Shown: positions 18,102 to 26,906 of the stretch, piece after piece
Layout: each line of letters begins with the position of its first letter
Numbering within the stretch: position 1 is the stretch's first letter
Assembly: GCA_947589475.1 (NCBI GenBank)
Contig: CANQBO010000001.1
Coordinates: 149,136 to 213,135, forward strand
Origin: an uncultured Clostridia bacterium
Lineage (GTDB): Bacteria; Bacillota; Clostridia; Christensenellales; CAG-917
Reading direction: 5' to 3'
Length of the DNA: 64,000 bases
The notes under the pieces: generated by a model
Told to the model about the DNA's origin: nothing
The model's input: the letters and a program-made list of their open reading frames with translations, nothing else
Databases searched by the model: none
Program-made: the position numbers and the translations under genes

Positions 18102-18968
18102 TCATTCTTTCGCAAGGATATAGTCGCCGTTTATTTGCACCTTGTCCTTAAGCGCGAGCGGCAGGTAGATCCTCACTTGTTTTTCGGACGGCACCGACCT
18201 CAGCACGTCTTCCGCGAAGAAAAGCAACTTGTCAAGCGTCGTTTCCGGCGTTTCGGGCGCAGGCGTTTCTGAGATGGAGAAGCGGGTTATGGGCGGACTG
18301 TCGTTGGCGAATGTCAGTTGATCCTTGTAGGAGATGTACGCTTCGACCGTCAAAAGCCCCAACTTGTCGCTGTCGTCGGTGAAGATGACGATCACTTGTT
18401 TGGAGATGAGATCAACGTCTATTTCCTCAAGTGTGTAGTCATGAGCGGACGCATCCTCGACTGAGAAGGAGAGCGCGATCTTCTGCACGTCGCCAAAGTA
18501 GCCGTGATCTTCGCGGTAGGGGCGTATGGCGCTCACCCACTTGTCGCGGCTTATGCAACCGAGCGCGGCGGAAACTATGGTGAATATTGCGCCGAACAGC
18601 AAAAATGCAAGCGCGATGTTGGAAAGAGAAAAGTATGCCTTGAGCGGCTTTTTTCCATCCACTGTCGTCACATCCTCGGGAGGTTTGCGGTCGGGATATT
18701 CCCAGCCCATCTGCTTGTCGTAAAAGACGTAATAACGCTTGAAGGCAAGTATAAGTCCCAGCCCCGCGCCGATGAGTATCAGCCCTGCGCCGATGAGTAT
18801 GAGGCTTATCATTGCGGAATGAAATGCGGCAGCGGTCACAAAACAGTAGAATACCAAAACCGCGCCGCCGAAAAAACATGCCGCCGTAAGCGTCACTATG
18901 AGCACAAACGGTATGTTGATGAGCAGGCGTTTGAGAAAGCTGTTTTTCTGTGTGCTTATCCTTTTCAT
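18102..18968 (-). CDS. hypothetical membrane protein
   Basis: 288 aa from ATG 18968 (MKRISTQKNSF...). Four or five TM helices are followed by a soluble C-terminal domain. No family recognised. Confidence 0.55.
   Translation of the reverse strand: MKRISTQKNSFLKRLLINIPFVLIVTLTAACFFGGAVLVFYCFVTAAAFHSAMISLILIGAGLILIGAGLGLILAFKRYYVFYDKQMGWEYPDRKPPEDVTTVDGKKPLKAYFSLSNIALAFLLFGAIFTIVSAALGCISRDKWVSAIRPYREDHGYFGDVQKIALSFSVEDASAHDYTLEEIDVDLISKQVIVIFTDDSDKLGLLTVEAYISYKDQLTFANDSPPITRFSISETPAPETPETTLDKLLFFAEDVLRSVPSEKQVRIYLPLALKDKVQINGDYILAKE
18759..18800. repeat. 2 x 21-bp tandem duplication inside the membrane-protein gene
   Basis: CAGCCCCGCGCCGATGAGTAT / CAGCCCTGCGCCGATGAGTAT (1 mismatch), encoding LILIGAG-LILIGAG. 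Confidence 0.9.
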
Positions 18969-19138
18969 GACAATCATTATACTCGCGAAAAAATTCAAAG
19001 TCAAACCAAAAGAGAAAATCAAGTAAAGTCGCATATATTTCAGGGGTAGGACATATGCTCCTATAGACGTAATTCGACGAAGGTCGGGCAAATTCGCCCG
19101 CATTCGCGCGAATGGACGTGCTAGGATAGAGGAGTGAG

Positions 19139-19912
19139 ATGTTTATAACCCTGAAGCGAAAGAGCATTGTCGCATTCATGGCGCTCGCGATCGTCGGCCT
19201 TGTGCTGATGAGCGCGCTTGGAGCGTCGTCTGCGGCGGCGGTATTCTTCGGAAAGACGCCACGCAAGATCCCCGTATACGCGGTAGATACGGGCGAGGAA
19301 AGAAAGGTGATCGCGCTAACGTTCGACGCGGCGTGGGGCGCGGACAAGACGCAGGGCATTTTGGACATCATGGCTAAGTTCGGCGCAAAAGGCACTTTCT
19401 TTTTGGTGGGGTTTTGGATAGACAAATATGCCGACGAGACAAAGGCTATTGCGGACGCGGGTTTCGAGATAGGCAATCATTCGCGCAATCACCTCAATAT
19501 GCCGAAGCTCTCCGACGGCGAGATAAGGGCGGAAATAGAGTACGTCAACGAGAAGGTCGAGACTTTGACGGGCAAAAGACCGACATATTTCAGGGCGCCT
19601 TTCGGCGATTACAGCGACAGGCTGGTGAGCGCGGTCGAGGGGCTTGAAATGGTCGAGGTGCAGTGGTCCATAGACAGTCTGGATTGGAAGGGCTTGAGCG
19701 CAAAACAGATATACGAGCGCGTAGTCCCCAAAGCGAAGAGCGGCGATATTGTGCTCTTCCACAACAACTCCGATCACGTGCTGGACGCATTGCCCATGGT
19801 GCTCACGGGGCTGAAGGCGCAGGGCTTCGAGTTTGTGACTATGAGCGAACTCGTATGGACGGAAGGCTACACCGTAGACAACAACGGTATACAGCATAAG
19901 ACCGTACAATAA
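19139..19912 (+). CDS. polysaccharide deacetylase (NodB homology, PdaB-like)
   Basis: N-terminal TM/signal anchor, IALTFDAAWG, FFLVGFW and IGNHSRNH metal-binding motifs. Confidence 0.8.
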   Translation: MFITLKRKSIVAFMALAIVGLVLMSALGASSAAAVFFGKTPRKIPVYAVDTGEERKVIALTFDAAWGADKTQGILDIMAKFGAKGTFFLVGFWIDKYADETKAIADAGFEIGNHSRNHLNMPKLSDGEIRAEIEYVNEKVETLTGKRPTYFRAPFGDYSDRLVSAVEGLEMVEVQWSIDSLDWKGLSAKQIYERVVPKAKSGDIVLFHNNSDHVLDALPMVLTGLKAQGFEFVTMSELVWTEGYTVDNNGIQHKTVQ

Positions 19913-20020
19913 GAACGACAAAAGCGTCGTCCTCGCGTACGGCGCAATGAAAATCAAAACATATCAAAGGGCACAGCCCAAAATAAACCTTTAAAGCGCA
20001 TACGCGCTTATCGGAGGAGT

Positions 20021-20764
20021 ATGAGTTACGAACAAATGCAGAACAACAAGGTTTTCCTGACGGGAAAGGTAGTGAGCGAACCCGAGTTTTCTCACGAGAT
20101 GATGGGGGAGGGTTTCTATGATTTCTCTCTCGCGATCAAGCGTCTGAGCGGACAGGACGACATAATCCCCGTCACGATCTCCGAGAGGCTCATGGACGGC
20201 GTCGATTTTTCCGTCGGCGCGCAAATCGGCGCGGTGGGACAATTCAGAAGCTACAACAAACTTGTCGGGGACAGGAGCAAACTTGTGCTCAGAGTTTTTG
20301 TCAGAGAGCTTGTGGAGCCGAACGAGGACAACCCCAACATCATCGAGCTTGACGGTTTCGTGTGCAAACCGCCCATCTACAGGCAGACACCCTTCAAACG
20401 CGAGATCGCGGATATGCTCATCGCAGTCAACCGCGCGTACAACAAGTCCGACTATATCCCCGCCATCGCGTGGGGCAGGAACGCAAGATTTGCGGGCGGC
20501 TTCGAGGTCGGAAGCAAGGTCCATTTGACGGGGCGCATACAGTCGCGCGTCTATCAAAAACAGCTCGAGGACGGAGTGGTCGAGGAAAGGACGGCATACG
20601 AAGTGTCCGTGTCAAAACTCGAACTCACCGAGGCAAAACAGCCCGCTCATTCGGCGCACTACGGCTCCGAATCGGGAATGAGCGCAGAGTCAAGCGGCGA
20701 CGCGCCCATAGAGACTCATGACGAGGAGTTGCCGCCCATCGCTCCCGACTATAAACAACAATAA
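20021..20764 (+). CDS. single-stranded-DNA-binding-like protein with two OB-fold halves
   Basis: NKVFLTGKVVSEPEFSHE... and a second half, IELDGFVCKPPIYRQTP...VHLTGRIQSR, both have SSB/OB-fold character. GGAGG RBS. Confidence 0.55.
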   Translation: MSYEQMQNNKVFLTGKVVSEPEFSHEMMGEGFYDFSLAIKRLSGQDDIIPVTISERLMDGVDFSVGAQIGAVGQFRSYNKLVGDRSKLVLRVFVRELVEPNEDNPNIIELDGFVCKPPIYRQTPFKREIADMLIAVNRAYNKSDYIPAIAWGRNARFAGGFEVGSKVHLTGRIQSRVYQKQLEDGVVEERTAYEVSVSKLELTEAKQPAHSAHYGSESGMSAESSGDAPIETHDEELPPIAPDYKQQ

Positions 20765-20870
20765 GACCGAGATGCCTGTAAAAGTACGAGTTGACAAAGG
20801 GAAATGCGCCGCATGGATCGCCCCTTTGTAAAATCGTGTTTGAAATTTACATCGACTATACACAGCTTGT

Positions 20871-20906
20871 GGCATGGCGACACTTCCATTGTCGCTATGC
20901 CTTTTT
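20871..20906 (+). terminator. rho-independent terminator after the SSB-like gene
   Basis: GGCATGGCGACA/TGTCGCTATGCC stem (11 of 12 bp) followed by T5. Confidence 0.8.
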
Positions 20907-20970
20907 ATTCCGCCCTCGTATAAAAGCGCTCGTACTTTGCGGGCGTTTTGCACAAAATTTGAGGTTTGTC

Positions 20971-20999
20971 TTTACATTCCGTGAATTCTGTTATATAAT
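20971..20999 (+). promoter_or_regulatory. sigmaA-type promoter upstream of the alpha-galactosidase gene
   Basis: TTTACA - 17 nt - TATAAT. Confidence 0.55.
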
Positions 21000-21056
21000 A
21001 AACTATCTATAGATGTATTTTGCGTGCGCGACGGCGTATGCTCAAAGGGAGAAATT

Positions 21057-22754
21057 ATGAAATTGAAGGAATTTACGCTCAAGCTTGGGTATAAGCTAAG
21101 CGGGAAGGAAAGCACGCTCATTTTGGACGGAAGCGACGTCTTTGCGGGCTACGGCAACAATGTGTTTCGCATTACGGCGCAGGGCGGCGAGGGCGCGCTG
21201 AAGATCGTACTCAAGACTGAAAGCGCGGTCGAGCTTACGCTTGCGGAGCTGATCTACGACAGGTATTTCGAGAAGGGGGACGCGTTTTTCGCAAACGGTT
21301 TCCAGTCGTGGACGGTCTCGAGGGAATATCGCCACGGCGAACAGCAGAAGGGACTGAGCGCCATATGCCGCGCCATACCCGTTGCAAAAAAGTTTGCGGG
21401 CGCGAGCGGAGATTATCATTTCACGCAATACGGCCGCGACCTCTATCATTCCTTCACCTATACGTATGTGCGCAGCGGCGACAAAGTCGATCTGCTCGGC
21501 TCGCTCAACGAGAGGACGGGATACACCGTCTTTTATGCGGACATGCGCGAGAACATACTCGCCATAGTCAAGGACGTTGACGGCCTTGCATTAAACGGCG
21601 AGTACGAACTTTTCGACATCGTGGAATTCGTCGGCGGATACGACGCGGTGTTCGACGCCTACTTTGCGGCATATCCTAAAAAGCATACGGGAAGGGTGAA
21701 ACACTTTGCGGGCTACACCTCGTGGTACAACTACTATCAGAACATAGACGAAAAGATAATTATGCGCGACCTCGAAGGCCTGCGCAGGGCGGATGATGAG
21801 GCGGATATATTCCAGATCGACGACGGCTTCGAGACTATGGTCGGCGATTGGAAAATAGACGAAAACAAATTCCCCAACGGGCTTATGCCCATAGTTGAGA
21901 AGATACACGCGCAGGGGCTAAAGGCGGGACTGTGGCTGGCGCCGTTTGCCGCGCAGTTCAAGGCGGAGATCGTCAAGGAGCATCCCGAGTGGCTCATAAA
22001 GAATAAGAAGGGCAAGCCTCTCGTAAGCGGCATCGCGTGGATGGGATTCTACGCGTTTGATTTCGAGCTTCCCGAGGTCAAGGCGTACATACGCGAGCTT
22101 TTCGGGCGGGTGTTCGACGAGTGGGGCTTCGACATGGTCAAACTGGACTTCCTCTACAGCACGGCGATATATCCCAGAAACGGCAAGACCCGCGGACAGC
22201 TCATGTGCGAGGCTATGGACTTTTTGAGAGAGTGTTGCGGGGACAAGATAATTCTGGGATGCGGCGTTCCTCTCGGTCCCGCTTTCGGGATCGTTGACGC
22301 TTGCAGGATAGGGTGCGACGCGGAAAACAGCTTCAAAGACAAGTTCTATGTCAAGCTGACAAATCAGGAGATCGTTTCCACGCGCAACTCCATGAACAAC
22401 TCCGTGTTCAGGCGGCACCTCGACGGCAGGATATTCGCAAACGATCCCGACGTATTCTTCCTGCGCGACGGCGGCATGAAAGTCGCAAAATACACTATGC
22501 AGCAAAAGAAGTTGCTCGCAAAGGTCAACAATATGTTCGGAAGCGTGCTGTTTGTAAGCGACGACGTCGGAGAATATACGGACGAGGCGCTCGCCATATT
22601 GAAAGAGGCGTATATCCCCTTCGAGGGCAAGGTGACAAGCGCGGAATATGTCAGCAGCGACATAATAGCCGTCAACTATGTCCTCAAGGGCGAGAAACAT
22701 CGCTTCACTTTCGATACGCGCTCGGGCGCGCATGAGGACAGTGTTCTCAAATGA
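21057..22754 (+). CDS. alpha-galactosidase (GH36-like)
   Basis: IFQIDDGFETMVGDW, GLWLAPF, and VKLDFLY and RIGCDA regions typical of melibiase-type enzymes. Confidence 0.75.
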   Translation: MKLKEFTLKLGYKLSGKESTLILDGSDVFAGYGNNVFRITAQGGEGALKIVLKTESAVELTLAELIYDRYFEKGDAFFANGFQSWTVSREYRHGEQQKGLSAICRAIPVAKKFAGASGDYHFTQYGRDLYHSFTYTYVRSGDKVDLLGSLNERTGYTVFYADMRENILAIVKDVDGLALNGEYELFDIVEFVGGYDAVFDAYFAAYPKKHTGRVKHFAGYTSWYNYYQNIDEKIIMRDLEGLRRADDEADIFQIDDGFETMVGDWKIDENKFPNGLMPIVEKIHAQGLKAGLWLAPFAAQFKAEIVKEHPEWLIKNKKGKPLVSGIAWMGFYAFDFELPEVKAYIRELFGRVFDEWGFDMVKLDFLYSTAIYPRNGKTRGQLMCEAMDFLRECCGDKIILGCGVPLGPAFGIVDACRIGCDAENSFKDKFYVKLTNQEIVSTRNSMNNSVFRRHLDGRIFANDPDVFFLRDGGMKVAKYTMQQKKLLAKVNNMFGSVLFVSDDVGEYTDEALAILKEAYIPFEGKVTSAEYVSSDIIAVNYVLKGEKHRFTFDTRSGAHEDSVLK

Positions 22755-23422
22755 TAGACAAAGACGCTTTAAACTCAATACGTGCGCTTGCGGCGGAGCG
22801 CGGGGCAGTGCTCGTCGCCGCCACCAAAATGCAGGACAGCGCGACCATTGCCGAATTGCACCGCCTCGCTCCGGAGGTCATCGTGGGAGAAAACCGCGTG
22901 CAGGAGCTTGTCGAGAAGTACGATCCCGCCCTTGAGTGGCACATGATCGGCAGGCTTCAGACAAACAAGGTGAAGTATATCATCGACAAGGTGAGCCTAA
23001 TACATTCGCTTGACAGGATAGAACTTGCCGAAGAGATAGAAAGGCAGGCGGCAAAGCGCGGCAAGGTGCAGGACGTGCTTGTCGAAGTGAATATGGGCGG
23101 CGAAGAGTCCAAAGGCGGCGTGGAGCCTACGCAGGCAAAGAGCTTTATAAAAAGCCTGTCCGCGTATGAGCGCATAAGGATATTGGGAATAATGAGCGTG
23201 ATGCCGCGCACGGACGACGAGGACGCGCTTAGAAAGCTGTATGCCTCGCTCAAGGCGCTTTTTGAAGACGTGAAGGGCATACAACAGGGAAACGCGGACA
23301 TAAAATATCTCTCGGCGGGCATGTCGGGAGACTACAAAACGGCGCTGGAGTACGGCGCGAATATGGTGAGGATAGGCAGGGCTATCTTCGGAGAGAGGCC
23401 CCGCAATACGCAGGAAATATAG
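22751..23422 (+). CDS. yggS: YggS/YlmE-family PLP homeostasis protein
   Basis: LVAATKMQ (PLP Lys), WHMIGRLQTNKVKY and LSAGMSGDY. Lies directly upstream of sepF, as ylmE-ylmF does. Confidence 0.9.
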   Translation: MIDKDALNSIRALAAERGAVLVAATKMQDSATIAELHRLAPEVIVGENRVQELVEKYDPALEWHMIGRLQTNKVKYIIDKVSLIHSLDRIELAEEIERQAAKRGKVQDVLVEVNMGGEESKGGVEPTQAKSFIKSLSAYERIRILGIMSVMPRTDDEDALRKLYASLKALFEDVKGIQQGNADIKYLSAGMSGDYKTALEYGANMVRIGRAIFGERPRNTQEI

Positions 23423-23430
23423 GAGAAATT

Positions 23431-23856
23431 ATGGCAGACAGAAGCTATTTCGGAAGTCGCGAGCCACGAGGCTTGTCGGCGAGACGCGGACGCGAGGAGT
23501 ACTCTCCTCAACCGCAATACCCGCAGAGCGGAGGATATGCGCCTCAGGGCGGATACGCGCCTCAAGGGGGATACGCTCCGCAGGGCGGCTATGCTCCCGC
23601 GACGAGCAACGTGACGATAAGACACCCGCGCACCTATCAAGATGTGCAAAACCTCATTGACCGCCTCAAGATGAGAGAGCAGGTCATTGTGGATTTTTCC
23701 ACGCTCAACAGGCAGTCCGTTTTCAGGATATTGGACTTTTTGAGCGGCGCGATATACGCGCTTGGCGGAAGCGTCCAACAGCTTGGGGAAAACATGTTTT
23801 TGTTTGTGCCGTCGGGCGTCGCCATAAACGTTCCTCCCGAACTCATGAGGAAGTGA
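23431..23856 (+). CDS. sepF: cell division protein SepF
   Basis: The C-terminal domain IRHPRTYQDVQNLIDRLKMREQVIVDFS...FLSGAIYALGGSVQQLGENMFLFVP is typical of SepF/YlmF. Confidence 0.9.
   Translation: MADRSYFGSREPRGLSARRGREEYSPQPQYPQSGGYAPQGGYAPQGGYAPQGGYAPATSNVTIRHPRTYQDVQNLIDRLKMREQVIVDFSTLNRQSVFRILDFLSGAIYALGGSVQQLGENMFLFVPSGVAINVPPELMRK
23530..23601 (+). repeat. 4 x 18-bp in-frame tandem repeat (GGYAPQ)4 in sepF
   Basis: GGAGGATATGCGCCTCAG-like units differ mostly at wobble positions. Confidence 0.9.
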
Positions 23857-23857
23857 T

Positions 23858-24757
23858 ATGGCGCTCTTTTCAAAGGAAAATTTCAGCAAGGAAAAGCTGA
23901 AAAAATTTGCCGTAGACGCGCGCGAGGTCATAAAAAAGCGGTGGTGGGTGATGCTCATAGAGCTTGCCGCGCTTGCCGTTTTGCTTGTAGCGGACCTCGT
24001 GAGCAAACATTACGTCGTGCCTTTTTTGAAGGGACAGCCGGAGGAGACGTACAAACTCATCCCGGGCTTTATCCACCTTACATATTCCGAAAATACGGGC
24101 GCGGGCTTCGGTTTTTTGTCGGGCAATACGACGCTTCTCATCGTCGTCACGTTTTTTGTCATAATAGGATTGACCATTTTCCTCATTTTCGCGCAAAAGC
24201 AGAGCGAGTGGCTCAGGGCGTCCCTTTTGCTGATATTGGGCGGAGGCATAGGCAATCTGGTGGACAGGTTGGGACTCGGTTATGTGCGCGATTTCATAGA
24301 CTATGCATTCCTTAAAAACTTCGCGATCTGCAACGTTGCGGACGTATTTGTGACGGTGGGCGCCGTCATGCTTGTCGTCGTGCTTATCGTCATGCTCGTC
24401 AAGGAAGGGCGCAAAAATCAAAAGGAATTTGAAAAAGAGAAGGCGGGCAAAGCTCCCGAGCAGGGTGTAGACCCTCTCGACGCGCCGATAAACCTCAATC
24501 CCATGCTGTCCTCGCCAAACGACTATACTTTCGAGGAAGGCGCGACTTCTGAGACAGAGTCTGAGACAGAGGAAACAAAAGAACCTTTAGACGGCGATAG
24601 TCAAACAGACGGCGAAATTCAAAATGCGGCTGAAACTCCGACGGAGGACGGCACGCCAAAGACGGAAGAAACCGCATCGGATACGTCTTTCACTCAAAGC
24701 GCGGAGGCGAATAGATCGAAAGACGGAGAGGGCGCGGATGCGTCCGAGGACAAGTGA
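23858..24757 (+). CDS. lspA: signal peptidase II with long acidic C-terminal tail
   Basis: YSENTGAGFGFL, NLVDRLGLGYVRDFID and ICNVADVFVTVGA (the catalytic Asp regions). The last ~115 aa are a D/E/T-rich extension. Confidence 0.85.
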   Translation: MALFSKENFSKEKLKKFAVDAREVIKKRWWVMLIELAALAVLLVADLVSKHYVVPFLKGQPEETYKLIPGFIHLTYSENTGAGFGFLSGNTTLLIVVTFFVIIGLTIFLIFAQKQSEWLRASLLLILGGGIGNLVDRLGLGYVRDFIDYAFLKNFAICNVADVFVTVGAVMLVVVLIVMLVKEGRKNQKEFEKEKAGKAPEQGVDPLDAPINLNPMLSSPNDYTFEEGATSETESETEETKEPLDGDSQTDGEIQNAAETPTEDGTPKTEETASDTSFTQSAEANRSKDGEGADASEDK

Positions 24758-24758
24758 T

Positions 24759-25652
24759 ATGCGCGTCGAAGGCACGGACAGGATAAGACTTGACGTCTTT
24801 ATATCCGAAAACTATGACATTTCGCGCTCGCAGGCAAAGTCCGCCATCGAGAGCGACGGAGCGAAAGTCAACGGCGTTTTACGTTTCAAATGCGGCTTCG
24901 AGTTGAGGACGGGGGACGAAGTGGAATTTTGCGTTCCGCCTCCGCGTGAACTTGAGGTCAAAGCGGAAAATATCCCATTAGATATCGTATTTCAAGACGA
25001 ATATATTGCGGTCATCAACAAGCCGCAGGGCATGGTCGTGCATCCCGCGCAGTCCTATACGAAGGGGGATACGCTTGTGAACGCGCTCCTTTTCGAGTTT
25101 GACGACTTGAGCGGCATAAACGGCGTGATACGCCCGGGGATTGTGCACAGGTTGGACAAGGACACTTCGGGTCTTATCGTCATCGCCAAAAACGACGAAG
25201 CGCACAGGTCTCTCGCCGCGCAGATAGAAAAAAAGACGGCTAGGCGCATATACATAGGGCTTTGCGACGGCAATTTCAAGCAGGACAGCGGCACAGTGGA
25301 CGCTCCCATAGGCAGAAACAAGCGCGACCGCAAAAAGATGGCTATTGTGGAGGGCGGAAAACGTGCCGTCACCCACTTCCGCGTGATCGAAAGGTTTGGG
25401 GCGTATACTCTCGTGAGATTCGAGCTTGAGACGGGGCGAACGCATCAAATTCGCGTACATATCGCGTCACTCGGACATCCCATCGCGGGCGACAGCGTTT
25501 ACGGCGGCTCGACAAAGCTGTACGGGAAGGGGCAATTGCTCCACGCATGTATGCTCACCCTTTCGCATCCGCACTCGGGCGAGAGCATGAGTTTCACCGC
25601 TCCCATTCCCGAAGCCTTCAAACAAGCGCTCCGCACCCTCCGCAAGAAATAA
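24759..25652 (+). CDS. rluD: RluA-family 23S rRNA pseudouridine synthase (RluD-like)
   Basis: S4 domain (RLDVFISENYDISRSQAK), the catalytic HRLDKDTSGLIV and GRTHQIRVH. ATG 24759 was chosen; the upstream track extension overlaps lspA. Confidence 0.9.
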   Translation: MRVEGTDRIRLDVFISENYDISRSQAKSAIESDGAKVNGVLRFKCGFELRTGDEVEFCVPPPRELEVKAENIPLDIVFQDEYIAVINKPQGMVVHPAQSYTKGDTLVNALLFEFDDLSGINGVIRPGIVHRLDKDTSGLIVIAKNDEAHRSLAAQIEKKTARRIYIGLCDGNFKQDSGTVDAPIGRNKRDRKKMAIVEGGKRAVTHFRVIERFGAYTLVRFELETGRTHQIRVHIASLGHPIAGDSVYGGSTKLYGKGQLLHACMLTLSHPHSGESMSFTAPIPEAFKQALRTLRKK

Positions 25653-25694
25653 ACACAGTTTCGGGCAATCTAATCGTATAAATCAAAAAATGCG

Positions 25695-25716
25695 TCGGCG
25701 AGTCTGCCGATTTTTT
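25695..25716 (+). terminator. short rho-independent terminator after rluD
   Basis: TCGGC/GCCGA stem followed by T6. Confidence 0.5.
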
Positions 25717-25725
25717 ATTTTATCG

Positions 25726-25754
25726 TTGATATTTTCGCACATTGATGATAAAAT
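25726..25754 (+). promoter_or_regulatory. sigmaA-type promoter of the SLOG-gene transcription unit
   Basis: TTGATA - 17 nt - TAAAAT. The predicted start is about 25761. Confidence 0.5.
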
Positions 25755-25758
25755 ATGC

Positions 25759-25899
25759 TTGCAGAACCAATTGGATCAAATTTTTATTGTGGCAGTTTAG
25801 ACTGTTTATTTTCACTAAATTACGCACATAACTCTGGTAGTTATGCCTGTTTCCGACCGTAGTTTAGTGAAAACAGCGAATGGTCCATCGGTTCTGCAA
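25759..25899 (+). promoter_or_regulatory. candidate structured 5' leader / ncRNA (three nested inverted repeats)
   Basis: Outer stem TTGCAGAACC(25759-68)/GGTTCTGCAA(25890-99). Middle stem CTGTTTATTTTCACTAAATTACG(25802-24)/CGTAGTTTAGTGAAAACAG(25858-76). Inner stem CATAACT(25827-33)/AGTTATG(25839-45). Confidence 0.4.
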
Positions 25900-25993
25900 A
25901 CCTTGGGAACGGTATGCTACATGCCGTTCCTCGCGGACGGCATTTGTTTTTATGCCAAATATATATTCCGCGAATGTATGGAGAGCAGAGCGT

Positions 25994-26479
25994 ATGGCAA
26001 ATAGCGACAGTTTTGGGAGTATAGTAAAGACATGTTCATGTTTCGGACACAGAGACGTGAATATAACAGATGAATTGCGCGCCGGTGTGCGCGAGGAGAT
26101 CTGTGCCGCGCTCGACGACGGCGTCAAAATGTTTTTGTTTGGCGGATTGAGCGATTTTGACGACCTTGTATACGACATAGTTTCCGATTTAAAGAAAGAG
26201 CGCGGGGACGAAGCTATTAAAAGGATATTTTGCTTCCCGTTGGACAAGCATTTGCACAGAGCGCCGAATTGGTTTGTGAAAAAAGATTACGAGGAGTTGA
26301 CCTGTCCCGCAAAGTCCTTTGACGGTTGGTACAAATCCATTTATTTCCGCAATTGCGCCATGATAGATATGAGCGATATTGTGTTGTTCTTTACGGACGA
26401 CAGCGGAAGAGGCGGATCTTTCAAGGCATACGAATATGCCCTAAAAAAGCATAAGAAATGTATAAATTTCCATCATTGA
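25994..26479 (+). CDS. SLOG-superfamily protein (DUF1273/YpsA-like)
   Basis: The N-terminal KTCSCFGHRD (compare the CxFTGHR start of DUF1273 proteins), MFLFGGLSDFDDLV and a C-terminal GGSFKAYEYA. GGAGAG RBS lies 8 nt before ATG 25994. Confidence 0.65.
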   Translation: MANSDSFGSIVKTCSCFGHRDVNITDELRAGVREEICAALDDGVKMFLFGGLSDFDDLVYDIVSDLKKERGDEAIKRIFCFPLDKHLHRAPNWFVKKDYEELTCPAKSFDGWYKSIYFRNCAMIDMSDIVLFFTDDSGRGGSFKAYEYALKKHKKCINFHH

Positions 26480-26528
26480 TGACAAGGATAAGCAAGCAAA
26501 ATGCTTTTTGACTTAAACGCGCTTAAAA

Positions 26529-26906
26529 TCAGTCGTCAGGGAAATCGTCGTAATTTCCATCGTCCGAGAAGACGTCGTACAATTCTGTTTGTTCGCCGCT
26601 TTCCTCATCCCAAACATAGGGGCGACGCTTGAGAAATTTTTTGTACAGCGCGTCGTATTCGGGAGCGCCTTTCGCCACGCGGCCTTTGATGCGTTTGAGC
26701 TTCTCGAAGGGGTAGGGCGCCTTGTCCGCCGTCGTCCTGTCAATGTAGGCGACAAGGACGTATTTTGTTCCTTCATCGGTCAAGACCTGCGCTAGGTCGC
26801 CCGCGTGTATCTCCTCATCCGCGATATAGCAATACGTCGTCTCGTCGTCCTCTTTGAAGATGACGTTGGCAAACGTATATATTTTGTCGTCGGCGCTGTC
26901 TCTCAT
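26529..26906 (-). CDS. hypothetical acidic protein, translationally coupled to rqcH
   Basis: 125 aa. Its ATG overlaps the rqcH stop (ATGA). The C-terminus is D/E-rich. No family recognised. Confidence 0.6.
   Translation of the reverse strand: MRDSADDKIYTFANVIFKEDDETTYCYIADEEIHAGDLAQVLTDEGTKYVLVAYIDRTTADKAPYPFEKLKRIKGRVAKGAPEYDALYKKFLKRRPYVWDEESGEQTELYDVFSDDGNYDDFPDD

Noticed and set aside
18439-19476. 345-aa minus-strand ORF spanning two annotated genes.
   Set aside because: It crosses the divergent intergenic region and overlaps both the membrane-protein gene (different frame) and the deacetylase gene (antisense). No motifs.
23530-23601. Short direct repeats considered as a CRISPR-like array.
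   Set aside because: The units are contiguous 18-bp in-frame repeats with no spacers, inside sepF. This is a coding tandem repeat.
24624-24758. N-terminal extension of rluD in the track ORF (starts at 24624).
   Set aside because: The extension is an Arg/Lys-rich read-through of the lspA tail in another frame. ATG 24759 sits 1 nt after the lspA stop and begins at the S4 domain.
25880-25993. Longer start (ATG 25880 or 25952) for the SLOG gene.
   Set aside because: Neither has an RBS, and the extension would be translated from the hairpin leader. ATG 25994 has GGAGAG at good spacing and places the conserved CxFGHR motif near the N-terminus, as in homologues. This cannot be fully excluded.
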